Source of the DNA: Caecitellus pseudoparvulus
Lineage: Eukaryota; Protista; Bigyra: Bicosoecida
Length of the DNA stretch: 64,000 nt
Assembly: GCA_965644315.1 (NCBI GenBank)
Contig: CBFFRQ010000055.1
Coordinates: 237,650 to 301,649 of the forward strand
Direction: 5' to 3'
The notes under the pieces were generated by a model that worked only from the letters and a program-made list of their open reading frames with translations, was not told where the DNA came from and ran no database searches. A program made the translations under genes and the position numbers. Below, piece after piece: positions 50,214-61,742 of the stretch (position 1 is the first letter of the stretch; every line of letters begins with the position of its first letter).

Positions 50214-50564
50214 GGCGCCCACAGCACAGGGCAGCAGTCAATGCACAGGGCGTTGGCAGCACCTTAGCACGTGTCTGGTCCAGGGACTGTGCCAGGGCAT
50301 GGGCCGGCTGGGTCAAGTGCGGAATTTGCAAGGCGAGCCAGCACCTTCCTTGGCAGCCAAGCAGGTGCATGCATCCAGGGAAGGAGGCCACCAGGGCGGT
50401 TGTGTTCTACAAACGGGATGGTGTGTTATTTATTACGTGCCCTGCAGTGTGTTTCGAGCCCCGGGCTGCGGCGAGCTAGGGTGCATGGCCAGGCACGCTG
50501 GCTTGCAGTTTCCCTCCTGACAGGCCAGTGCCACGGGCTGCGCAGCAGATCTGCCCATGCATTA

Positions 50565-52968
50565 TCACTGCTCCTTGTCAGCTTGGGCCCGCTCCAAGCG
50601 GCGCTGGGCTGCTAAAGCCATGAGTCGCCGTCGTTCCTGCGGCGAGGGGGGTGTCCAGCCCCCCTCCTGCGTGTGGCTCGCCGCGCCCGCCGCCGCTGCA
50701 GCAGCTGCGGTGGAGGTGGTGGGCTGGCGGTGCACATGGGGATCCACTGGCTGCACTGGGTGTGCAGCCTCTGACAGGCCCTGCGCAGGCGAGGGGTGGT
50801 CTGCCCCCCCCCCTTCGCTGCCTGGGTGCAGGCGCTGTCGAAGACCAGGCCACGATGTGGCGCCTACCGTGGCTGCCTCTGGCGCACAGCCGCCACTGCC
50901 AGCTGCAGGCGGCGCCGAGTGTGAGCCCTGCCCTGCGTCTGAAGCCCGTTTCCCCGCACTGCGGGCCCGGTGCCGCCTGTGTTCCGCCTTGAAGTACAGG
51001 CGACGTGCCTGCACTTGCATGGCAGCCACCTGGGCTCGGTACACGTCCCACAGCGGGGCGCCAGAGGCAGCCACGGCCCGCACTGCCTCTGCCGCTTCAG
51101 CACGGATGCTCTCTTCGTCCGAGCTGGCGTCGTCATCGGCTGACACGGCCACTGGGGCTGGATCAGGCGCACGTGGGGTGTGCGATTCGGGATCACGCTG
51201 GAGAGGCGTGTTGTGCAGCTCACCTGGCGACTCGCGGGGTGTGGGTGTGGCTTGTGGCGTGGGGGGTGCCGCGGGGATGCCCCCGTCCAGCCCCAGCGTC
51301 ACCACCGCGTCCACGCTGCCCCCCGTGGCGTGCAGTGCGCCCAGCACAGCCGCTGGGCTGAGATGCGGCAGCACCTCCAGCACAGCACGCACGCCGGGGT
51401 GGGCGGTGGGGTCCTCGTCGAAGCGTGGCGCATGCACGCGTGGGGCAGGGGCGCCCAGGTTGAAGTTCAACATGCCGCCCCCTGGCCCGCCGCCACCCCC
51501 CCCATACTGGATGTGCAGGGGCCCCCACTGGAAGTGCCTGAGGCCAGGGGCACCCTGGGGCGCCTGCTGAGGTGGCTGTGCGGCGTGGGGGTCGGGGTCC
51601 GCGCCCTGTGCCCCCCCTGCAGGGGGTCCCGAGGGGGGCTGTGGCACGGCCGGCGCCCGGCACACAGGGCATGTGCCGTGTGAATCTGGCATGAGGAGCC
51701 ACCGAGTGACACACGCCGTGTGCATGGTGTGGCGGCACTGCAGCGTGGAGGAGGGGCGGGCGCCGGGCCCCACCTGTGGCTCCATGCAAATGGCGCAATC
51801 CCCCGCCGCCTCCGCCTCAGCGTGGGTGGCGGGGGTGAGGTGCGCCTCCACTTGGCTGCGGATGTGGCGGTAGGCGCGGAAGCGGCGCCACTTGTCCATC
51901 ATGCGGGAGGCGACGGACTTGATGTTCATGAGCAGGACCAGGGTGACGAGGGAGAAGCTGAGGCCAGACAGCCACTGGATGTGCACGTAGTGCGCCAGCG
52001 TCACGGCCATCTGCAGGAAGTCCAGGAGGAAGGTGCCCTGCGTGCGCCAGTACAGGTAGGGCGGCGAGGTGGGCCCTGCCCGCAGGTCCAGCGTGGTCAG
52101 GGCGTACTCCATGGCCACCTTCACCGTGCCCAGCAGCAAGTTCACCAGGTCTGTGCTGAGTACCAGGGCCACGTGGATGCCGTCTTCGAACAAGGAGCCC
52201 AGGGACAGGGAGCCGTACAGGAGGAGGGCGGTGGTGCCCAGCACCAGGGCGTTCAGGGCCACCAGGCGCACGTGCAGGTGCAGCGGTGTGGCCTCCATCC
52301 GCATGTGTGCGTCGCAGCGCAGCTGGGAGAGCGCTGCCAAGCTGGACATGAAGAGCAGCACTGTGAACCACAGCACGAGGAGGGAAAGGGGCAAGTACCC
52401 GTCAACATCAAGCGTGCTCAAGAACAGCGTCAGGGTGAACTTGAACAGCATGAACGTCACGGCACGGCGGTGCAGGAGCTGCGTGGAAGGGCCGCGTTTC
52501 CACATGAAACGCTGACGCACCGCACACGGGCCAGGCGACGCACCGAGCGTTCTTGAGGGCGCAGCTGGCCTCCACACAGCAGCGCAATGACATGCACCAG
52601 TGTGTACAGCAGTATGGCAAAGGCATGCCAGCACACCTGCAGGAGGGGGCAGCAGCGACGTGCGCTGGTGTGTCGTCAGCGCTCAGCTGCTGCGCAGCTG
52701 CTGGGCGGTGGAAACGCACTGCAAAGTACACCGTGGAGCTCAAGATTTCCACCAGCACGTCACCCGGGCCGACATCGCCTGCAGGCACGTCCCCCGTGGC
52801 CTCGCTCTGTATGTCTGCCTGCACGTCAGCTGAGGCCATGCCCACCACCATGCCAGCTGCTGCCATGGACACTGCCGAGTACGCCGTCCATCCACACAGC
52901 ACACGGCGTCGCTGCGGGGGCGCTGCGTCTGCTGGCGCCCCCTCCTGTCTAGCATCGTTCTCTGCCAT
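50565..52968 (-). CDS. ERAD E3 ubiquitin ligase, gp78/AMFR (RIN2)-like: TM domain, RING-H2, CUE, G2BR-like helix, VIM
   Basis: TM helices; CAIC..C.H..H..C...W..CPVCR; CUE-like VLEVLPHL..ALHATGGSVD; C-terminal RRRLMALAAQRR. Confidence 0.88.
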
Positions 52969-53208
52969 GGTGCCCAAGGCTGGCGCGGTGCCAGGGCGCC
53001 TGCTGCCTCGCCTCTCGTCGGCGTCGCTCCGGTGCGCAGGGGTGTGAGAGTTTTGAGCGCAGGCCAGCAAAGCAGCGCTGCCACAATCCAACCTCCGCTG
53101 CACCTGCAAAACTGAAGGGTTACCCGAACGCCTTGGTACACGCCGTGCTTTTTACCACCACAACTACAAGCAGCAGCAGTAGCAGTTGCAACACGTCCTG
53201 CGCCGAGC

Positions 53209-55904
53209 ATGGAAGGGGGCGAGGATGGTGAGCAGCGAAGTGGGCGCCGAAACGCCGGTGCGGCGTGGCGAGGCGCACCACCGCACACCTTGCCCGCCCT
53301 GCGCAGACTGGGCCATTGGCGCCCGTGACTTCGAAGCCATGCAGGCGAGCTTCCTGCAGGAGATGTCAGCGCAGGGCCCAGAGTCCTGGGACATGATGTT
53401 TGACCCCCAAGTCAGCTCGGTGCTGGACTGGGTCGTTGGAGATGGTGCGTGGCTTGTCTGCTGCAGCGGCGCCGGCACTCGCCCAAAGGGGCTGCTTCCC
53501 CAGCATCACACCCTAGGCGGCTCCTGCTGTGCTGCGCGAGCATGCTCCACTCCTGCCGTGCCTCGCAGAGGAAGCTGGGGAGGGTGCAGGCGGGGAGGCG
53601 AGTGCAATTTCCGCACCACCGCAAGCAGGCGTCAGTGACAGCGCTGGGCACCTGGGCCTGGGCGGCATGGGCAGCCTGGGTGGCGCCAGTGGAGGCCTTG
53701 CTGACGCGACGTCCCTGGCCGCGGCCCAGCCCTCCGACGGCGGCTTCGACATGGGCCTGTCCCTGGCTGGTGGCATGTCAGCAGCAGACTTGGAGGCTCA
53801 CCTTGCCGCGACGCTGGCAGGGGAGCCGGCCCAGGCCACCGCGTCCGCCCCAGCGCCGCCATCCGCCTCCCAGGCCCCACCCGCCGGCGGCGCATGGGCG
53901 GCAGGCCCCCCCTCCGTTCCCAGCGCCCCCGGAGGCGACTTCGCACAGCAGCAGGCGGCGGCAGCTTCCGCGGCAGCTGCCTACGCACAGCAGGCAGCGT
54001 CAGCCGCCACCAGCCTGGCTGCCCGCATCAAGCAGGCTAACGCGCAGATGAGTATGCTGCAGGCGCAGCTCACGACCCTGCAGCAAGAGGGCACCGCCAA
54101 GCAGGCCGAACTGGGGCGACTATCGGCGGCGGGGGAGGATGCCGAGCCCGCTGTGCTGGGGGATGCGCCTGCAGGCGCCTCTCGCGAGGAGCTGGTGGCG
54201 CAGCTGACTGCGGAGGTGCAAGCACTGGGGCAGAAGTACGCAGCCGGCGTGGCGGAGTGGCAGCGGGGGGGCCACGAGCTGGCTGGCTTGAACGCGTCTT
54301 ACGCCCAGGCCGCTGCCGTGGCGCGAGGGGGGGGCTTCACCGTGCCGTCCTTGCACACGCCGCCCACGGCCGTGGGCGCGCTGTCTAACGTGACGGCGTA
54401 CGGCCATGCCCCCTGGCCCGTCGCACGCCCCCGCAAGACGTCAGGCAAGTACATGGGCGAGCCCGAGCTGACCTTCATCGCCAAGGCCATGAGCAGTGTC
54501 CTGCGCCGGACAGGGGAGGACGCCTCCCGGGCGCAGTGGTACGCACACGCCCTGCGCACGCGCCGTGTGCAGGCGGCTGCCGTGGCGGCGGGGGACACGC
54601 CCCCCACTGCCGCCACCCTGTTCCCCCCCGGCGCCATCCCCTCCGCCGCCGCTGCCCAGGCAGCCATGCTGGCTGGCACGGGGCGCATCAGCAACGCCGT
54701 GCGCAGTCGTGCGTGGGAGTCCAGCCACCACGTCTTGGGGCGGGCGGACAAGGCCGCCCTGAACCGCCCTCGCCGCATCTTGAACCTGGGCGACTCGGCC
54801 GACGTGTCCAAGTCTCGCCACCACCTGCTCACACTGCTGCAGCAGCGCAAGGCAGAGGATGCTGCGGCGGCAGAGGCTGCCGCGGCGGCGGCAGAGGCTG
54901 CCCAGGTGGGGGAGGACGCCCCCCCTTCACCCCCCAAGCGCAAGGGGCGGGGTAAGGGCCGCGGCAAGGCGCGTGGCGCCACCTCCCCCGCTAAGGCCGA
55001 GCCCCTGGACGGCGTCGCGGCAGCGGCCCTGCTGGCAGAGGCGCTGGCGCTGGAGGGGCGACCGGGTGCCAACCCGCTGGGGGCGGTGAAGGTTGAGGGC
55101 GAGACGCTGTGGACGACGCGATCTCTCATCGACACCCTGGCCACCGCCCGCCTGGCGTACGAGGACACCGCCCTCACCTTCCAGGCCGTGCAGAGCTCCG
55201 GCCCCAAGGCCACGGAGCTGGCGGTGCAGGCCACCCGTCTCGCCGCCAGCTCCGGCCTCCTGGACCTGGGCCATGCCCTGGGGGTGACGGTGACTCGGCC
55301 GACGCCAGAGGCAGGCACGTCGCATTGGGCGTGGCCTGACGACGCCTCCACGGCGCCGCAGGCTGAGGAGGAGGGCGCGCTGGTCCTCACCTCCATCGTG
55401 AAGCTGACGAAGGGCAAGAAGCAGGTGCTGGCAGCGGCAGGCATGATGCCACCCGCCGCGCTGAAGGTGCTGGTGACAGTGGCCATGGGCGACCTGCCCC
55501 ACTTCATCGCCAGTGTGGACGCGTCTGCCGAGGCGGTGGGCGTGGAGGAGGCCATGGCAGCTCTGCTGACGCGGTGTGTGGGGCACTTGGCGCCCGCCAT
55601 GCCCCCTGGCGCCACGCCGGCCCAGACCGCCGCCGCCACCCTGGAGCTGCTGTGCCACTGGATGGAGGCGCTGAGCCAGGGCAACGAGCCGGCAGTGGTG
55701 TACGCCTTGCTGCAGGTGCAGGGCGCCAAGTCTGTCATCACGTGCCTGCTGGAGCGGGGGGAGGAGGTGTACGCGGGGATGGAGCGGGTGCCGCCTGCGG
55801 CAGGGGACGAGGGGGCGGAGGCCTGGGCGGCGGCTGCCACCAGGTGGTGCGACATCACCGACGAGCTGGGGCAGGTGGTGGAGGAGTACAGCCAAGCCAT
55901 GTGA
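53209..55904 (+). CDS. PAT1-like mRNA decapping activator
   Basis: KYMGEPELTFIAK (like PAT1 MTxxEK..I), LGR....NRPRRIL, helical C-terminal domain with KGKK. 5' exons within 53209-53450. Confidence 0.65.
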
Positions 55905-55992
55905 GGGCGCCGGGTCGCAGACCAGCGTGTCGCTCAATTCAGCTCCCCCACTCCGCAATTTGAGGCTGCCAGCTTGGGCGCAGCGTTGCAGG

Positions 55993-57232
55993 ATGGGCCA
56001 GCAAGGTGGCGGGGGCCTGCGGGCCCTCGCGTTTTGGGCGCAATTCATCCTGTGGAACTACTGGGCAGTGCTGGGTTTCGTGCTCATGGCCATCGCCGGC
56101 GTGGTGTGCGCGTGGGTCGGCCCTGTTTCTCTGGCCATCTTCGCGGCCCTGGTGCTGGCGTACTACGCGTCTATTTCCTCGTCCAAAGCCCACACCACTA
56201 GCAAGGGCTATGATGGCACGAAGGGCGTCGAGAACACGTACCTTGAAGACTTCACCGCGTACTTCCATGGCATGCCAGTGCGTCGCTGGCTCGGGCCCGA
56301 ATTCCGCAAGCTTCCCTGCACCGCTCCTCGCTGCCGACCGCAGTTGCTGGCAGACGACGACGTGGTGTTTGACCCCAAGCAGCAGTACGTCATTTCATCC
56401 GGTCCTCACGGCATCCACGGCCACGGAACGGTGCAGCTGGCCTGGGCTGGCTCTGCCTTTTACCGTCGCTGGCCTGCCATGCGAGGGCAGCTCATCGGCG
56501 TCGTGGCGTCCGTCATCTTCTCCATCCCCATCGCCCGGGAGCTGTTCCTGGCCTCTGGCTTCCGGGACGCCTCCAGGGCCGTCTGCGAGCGCCTGCTGCG
56601 GGAGGGCAAGAGCATCTTCATCATCACGGTGCGTGGCGCACCAGGCAGGTGAAGGCAGTCTGCCCTGCACACGCCCCCACCCCGGCCGCACCTGCCGCAC
56701 CTGCCCACCCCACAGGGAGGTGCTGCCGAGGCACTGCTGTCCCAGCCAGGCACCGACCGGCTGGTGTTGAAGAAGCGACTGGGGTTCATTCGGTGAGTCG
56801 CTAGAGGTCGCCACACGCCAGCTGCCGGCAGACCAGCACGTGCACCCCGCCCCACCCTCCTCTCCCCATCACAGTCTTGCCCTGAAGCAGGGCTGCAGCC
56901 TCGTGCCCACCTACACCTTCGGCAACACCGACGTCTTTGACACGTCCATGGCGGGGTACGGCTGGCGCAAGTGGCTGGCCTCCAACTTCCGTGTCTGCCT
57001 GCCACTGTACTGGGGCCGGTGGGGCAGTCTGCTGCCGTACTCACGCAAACTATCCGTGGCGGTGGGCAAGCCCATCCCCTGCCCCAAGCTGGAGCCGGAT
57101 GAGAGCGGGCGTCTGGACGACGCAGTGGTGCAGGAGTACCACGGCAAGTTCTGCGCCGCCGTGCAGGAGCTGTTTGAGAAGCACAAGGGCACACACGGGT
57201 ACCCCCCTGAGCGCAAGTTGGAGATCGTGTAA
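55993..57232 (+). CDS. Diacylglycerol/monoacylglycerol acyltransferase (DGAT2/MOGAT family)
   Basis: N-terminal TM hairpin, YVISSGPHGI, IPIAREL, GGAAEALL, LVLKKRLGFI, LVPTYTFG, VGKPI, LFEKHK. Three introns. Confidence 0.9.
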
Positions 57233-57308
57233 TGCATGTGGCACGCACGGGTACCCCCCTGAGCGCAAGCTGGAGATCGTGTAATGCATGTGGCACGCAC
57301 GGGTACCC
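57188..57308 (+). repeat. 52-bp tandem repeat (about 2.3 copies) spanning the DGAT2 stop codon
   Basis: Units start at 57188, 57240 and 57292; copies 1 and 2 differ at 2 positions. Confidence 0.95.
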
Positions 57309-57458
57309 TCGAGCAGTGACATCGGTGTGGCCAGTGAGTGGCACATGTGCGCCACTTTACACCACCCACCAGCCCCTGCACGGCAAGTTGGCCTACCACA
57401 GCTTGCTGGCAGTTGCTTTGTGCCTCAGAATCCACTGCCGCGAGCTCTTGCCACAGTC

Positions 57459-58418
57459 ATGTCACGTCTGCTCGTGCTGCTGCCGAGGGCAGTGGCGGCC
57501 CTCGTGACGCTTGGCTGGATCTTTGCTGCGTCCTGGGCGCTTTACCCCTTTGCACTTGCTGGGCTGGCGCCCATCGTCACGCCCCAAGGCTTCCTGCAGC
57601 TCCTGCTCACGCTGGTGTTGCTATGCGGTGTTGCGATTTCCGCCTTGCGTGTGCTGCGGCTGAGCGAGGCGACAGCGCTGCAGCTTTTGCAGCACTGGGG
57701 TCCGCCCCCCACTCCAGCAAAGGACTGCACGCCCAGCGAGCGGGACATGATTCCTTTCGACGTCGACGCGTCTTCTGTGGGCTGCCCTGAGCTGGTGGAG
57801 CGGAAATTGGAAGGCGCCTCGTGCAGCGACACGGTGCACGCGACGTGGCACGGCAAGACGCTGGAGGAAGCCGCCGCAGCGTACTTGGGGCGCTTCCGGT
57901 GGCCCGATCCAGACCCCCACCATGCAGCGCTGCTGCGCATCGAGGAGCGGACCAGGCGCCTGCTGCCTGCTGGCGCCCTGCTCGTCCAGCGCCGCCTGCA
58001 CTTCTCACTGGACGGCGTGCCCAGCGTCGTGCGCCAGTTCGCAGGGGTGCAGGCGGCCTTCGCCGACGAGGAACTCATCGTGTGCCCCGCCTCTGGCCTG
58101 TGCACCGCCACCATCGACATCACCTGTGCGCCGTCCTTGGGGGAGTACACCTGCTGGACCTGCCTCACCAGCTCGCCCGGCACAGCGGGCGTCAGCGTGC
58201 AGGCGCGCATGCAGGTGAGGGGGCACTCCACGCTGACCAAGCAAGTCATCCGCTCCCTCCTGTCCCCTGCCCAGCTCACTGCCTCTCTGCGGGAGGAGCT
58301 GGACACGGCCGCCCAGCAGGCCCCACACATGCCAGACGGGGGTGGGGACTTGCTGCGCCTTGCGTACAGGCCCGAGCACGGCATTGGGGAGGAGGCGCTG
58401 CAAGAGACAGTGCATTGA
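57459..58418 (+). CDS. Membrane-anchored PRELI/MSF1-like (START-fold) lipid-transfer protein
   Basis: Two N-terminal hydrophobic helices, then AAAYLGRFRWP..LVQRRLHF..VPSVVRQFAG..ADEELIV resembling PRELI. Confidence 0.55.
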   Translation: MSRLLVLLPRAVAALVTLGWIFAASWALYPFALAGLAPIVTPQGFLQLLLTLVLLCGVAISALRVLRLSEATALQLLQHWGPPPTPAKDCTPSERDMIPFDVDASSVGCPELVERKLEGASCSDTVHATWHGKTLEEAAAAYLGRFRWPDPDPHHAALLRIEERTRRLLPAGALLVQRRLHFSLDGVPSVVRQFAGVQAAFADEELIVCPASGLCTATIDITCAPSLGEYTCWTCLTSSPGTAGVSVQARMQVRGHSTLTKQVIRSLLSPAQLTASLREELDTAAQQAPHMPDGGGDLLRLAYRPEHGIGEEALQETVH

Positions 58419-58565
58419 ACGGCGTGCACACTGCTGCACTGGGAACACAGGCGCCATGGCATGGCTGGGTGGGGGGAGGCACCCCGCCAACGGCGGCGGG
58501 GCTGAGCAAAGACAGAGCGAGGAACGGGGAAAGGCAGCGAGGTATGGACAGGATGGGTGTGGTGC

Positions 58566-60197
58566 TCAGCCACATCGAGGGCTGACGCAGGCGCCGGTGC
58601 ATGGGCCCATGGTGGGGCAACACTTCGGCCAGGAGATGCACAGTCCAGCCGCGCGGCAAGGAGCGCTGCCCAGTGCACACCCTCCGGTAGTCTGGGCGGT
58701 GTCCCGACCCTGCCCCACGCACTCGGCCGGGAGGCAGTGCTTTGCGCCAGGCACCACAGCCTCCGCTGGAGCCGCCCTCCCCTCCAGCTCGGGAGTCAGC
58801 TGGCGAGCCAGCCGGGGTGTGCCCAGTCCAGGCCAGTGCGGGGCCAGGCGGGGGCGGCTGGGCGGCGGTGCGGTGCGGGCGCCCTTGAACCACGGGTGTG
58901 CCCTCACCGCCGCCATGTCGCAGCGCTGGCGTGGATCGTGCACGAGGCACTGGGAGAGCAAGTGCACTAGGGCGGGGGATACGGTGGTGGGCCAGGACCA
59001 CTTGCTGGGCCCTGGCGCGTGGCCCTGTGTGGCTGCGAGGAAGTCCACGAACTGCGGACAATGCATGTCAGCGACGGGGAAGGGCTCCTGCCCCACCATG
59101 GCCTGGAACAAGGTGGCGCCGAACGACCACACGTCGGCTTTGAACGGGTCGTACGCCGTGCAGCGCCGCCCGGCAGACACGGCGCGCCGCACAGCCATGA
59201 CCTCAGGGGCAGAGAAGGAAGACGTGCCGAAGGGGTTGCTGGACAGGCGCCCAGGCCCGATGTGGGCGCTGCCGAAGTCACACAGGCTCGCCGCCACGCC
59301 GCTCAGACAGGCAGCGTCCTGTACGTCCATGTGCAGCAGGCGCTGCCTGAACAGTACCCACTGCTGGTGGACAGCCGGGTGTGCAGGCACGATGTCGTTG
59401 CCATGCTGGGCGCGGGGGCACTTGTTCTCAAACGCTGCCGTGGTCAGGAGGATGTTTTCAGGCTTCACTGTGTGGCCAAGGTGAAGGGCCGGTGCACGAG
59501 GGGCAGCAGCTCAGCGAGGGCGGGAAACGCACAGTCACAGTGGGCGATTCCACGCGCATGGCACTCAATCAGAGCAGTGCTAAGACCCTCGAACATCGCA
59601 GCGCTGTCTGTGCTCTCAGGCAGCCTGTGCTCAGACGCGGAGCGACGTGAGGAGCGACATCGCGGCGTTTCGCACGAAGCTGCCGCACCTGTGCTCCGGC
59701 AACGCCGCCAGCAAGTCATACAAGTCACACAGGGCCAGTGGGGACACCAACGTGAATCCTTCACTGCCCCCCTGCTCTGCATCTCCCCGCATCGGCGACA
59801 GCGTCAGACCAGGCGGCGCATCACGAAGGAGGTGTGCCTGCGCCGGTCGCGAGGGCGGTGCTCGGATTGCAAGGGCAGCTCGGTGCGCGTTGTCTGCGCG
59901 CCAGACGCACCACTTGCAGCTCGGTTTCGAAGGCTGCCTTGTGCTTCGCAGGCAGCCGCTTCACAGCCACGCCTTGCCCTGAGCCGTTGCTGGCAACGCT
60001 CACAGAGCCCTGGCCTCCAGACTGCACGTGGTGAAAGGGCCCTGGAGACGCCAGAACTGCGAAAGAAGGAGCACCCGGGAAAGTGACTCACGAAGAATGA
60101 AGTGCAAGTGCAGCAGGATGCAGCCAAAGTCGGGGCAGTCAACGTGGCGCTCTGGCGAGAACTTGCCTGGTGATGTCTCTTGATCTGACAGCGCCAT
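58566..60197 (-). CDS. Ser/Thr protein kinase (non-RD), spliced; start uncertain
   Basis: SGGQGSV, VAVK, FETE, HCD|LKPENILL (across an intron), LCDFG, FGTSSFSAPE, DVWSFG, HPWF. Confidence 0.88.
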
Positions 60198-60689
60198 CGG
60201 TTACAAGCAGAATCAGGTCAAGACGACTGCCTGAAGCAGGTTGACGGACACAGTGTGAAGCTACTGAGCTGTTTGAGTCAATGTGATGAAATTTGGCTCT
60301 GGGCGCCTCGCAGAGGGGCAGTTGAGTCGTCGAAGCTGGATGTCGCTCAAGCTGCGGAAAATGATTCCTTGGTCCCAGCCTGACGACACCACGGCGAGGT
60401 GCCGAGCGGGTCACAAGCACATGTACCGCGAGAGAGTCAAGGCCTGCTGTGCAGAATGAACTCTATGTTGCGCGTTTGGATTTTGTATTTGCTAATGCTC
60501 TCGCGCTGGGAAGGCGTGGTGCCAAGTGGCAGGGTCGAATCTTACCCTGGCGCAGCTACCGACGAAGCCCGGGTGGATCCTGCCCCAGGGCAGCGAGCAT
60601 CATGCCGAAGCAGAAAGCTACACATAGATACTGCACCAACACAACTATTCAACCACCCACAGCACCCCGCGGACATCCTCCACAGCACA

Positions 60690-61585
60690 ACAAGCACGGA
60701 CGTGGTGCTGGCCAGTCCTGACTGGGCATCTCCCAGGCCCTCCACGCGCAGTACCAGCCCGGCCTGCACAGACTCCACAGTCATGAAGGACGCTGGCTCC
60801 AGATCAGACATGGTCTGCACGGCACAGGCGGTTGCGGCGGCCTCCGCCTGTGAGAAGCCGGGAGCTGGCAGCAGTGCGTGGCCGCCTCGCGGCATGAAGA
60901 TGCGTGGCGTCAAGGCAGGTGGCGTCACATCCAACACGCCGACAGGGGCAATGACTGCCGTGGACAGACCTGCGAAGTTCATGGCGACAGCTGTGAGCCA
61001 CAGCGTGTCACCGCCCTCCAGTGCGCTGGAGTTGACGGTCACCTGGGCCAGGCGGCCGCTCTCCACCAGGTTTAGATCTGTCCACGAGGCGCTGGATCGC
61101 ACGGCGTCCCAGCTGCCCACTTCCCGCATGTGTGGCATGGCTTGAGACCGCAGAGCCGTGGCACCCACTGTGAGTGTGAGGGAGCTGAGGCCGGCACCAG
61201 CATCAGCCCAGGTCGCCAGGGACAGCTCCACGTGGCTCATGGGCACGATGGACGGCAGGTCACTGCCGGCCTGCGCCACCGCCTCTGCAAGCTGGTCAGC
61301 TGCGATGTGGGCTGCACTTCCAGCAGGCAAAGCCGAGGCCTGTAGCGTCCGCGGCGCACAGGCGCTTGCGGCGGGAGCAGGCATGCGGAAGGTGCGGGTC
61401 CACGGCAAAGCTTGCTGCAACGCAGCAGCTGACACGGAGGCGGCAGTGGTGGTGCCGCATGCTTGTGCATGTGGGAGCAGGGCCAGTGTGCCAGACAGTG
61501 GGTGGGTGCGCACGAGGCGGACAGTGGGGGAGGAGAGCTGCAGGAGCCCGCCGCCCGCCTTGCTCACCGCGACTTGCACCCGGAA
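60690..61585 (-). pseudogene. Orphan fragment of an Ig/FN3-like repeat extracellular protein
   Basis: WADAGAGL, LWLTAVAMNFAGLST..LDVTPP and GDAQSGL resemble FN3-like repeats. In-frame TAA just upstream, no ATG at the ORF start, and the ORF drifts into non-coding-like sequence. Confidence 0.4.
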
Positions 61586-61742
61586 GCCTTATGTACTTGC
61601 CATATTGGCTTAAACTTCGTGACACAGAGCAACAAAAGGCAGGCAATCTGTGAAGCCCATGCACGCTACGCAACCCCCCATGTTGAACGTCCAGACATGT
61701 GGCACGATATTGCATTCCTTGAGTCGTCTCGCCTCACGCCTC

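Noticed and set aside
57188-57308. CRISPR-like repeats
   Set aside because: Head-to-tail tandem copies with no unique spacers, no cas genes, and a eukaryotic context.
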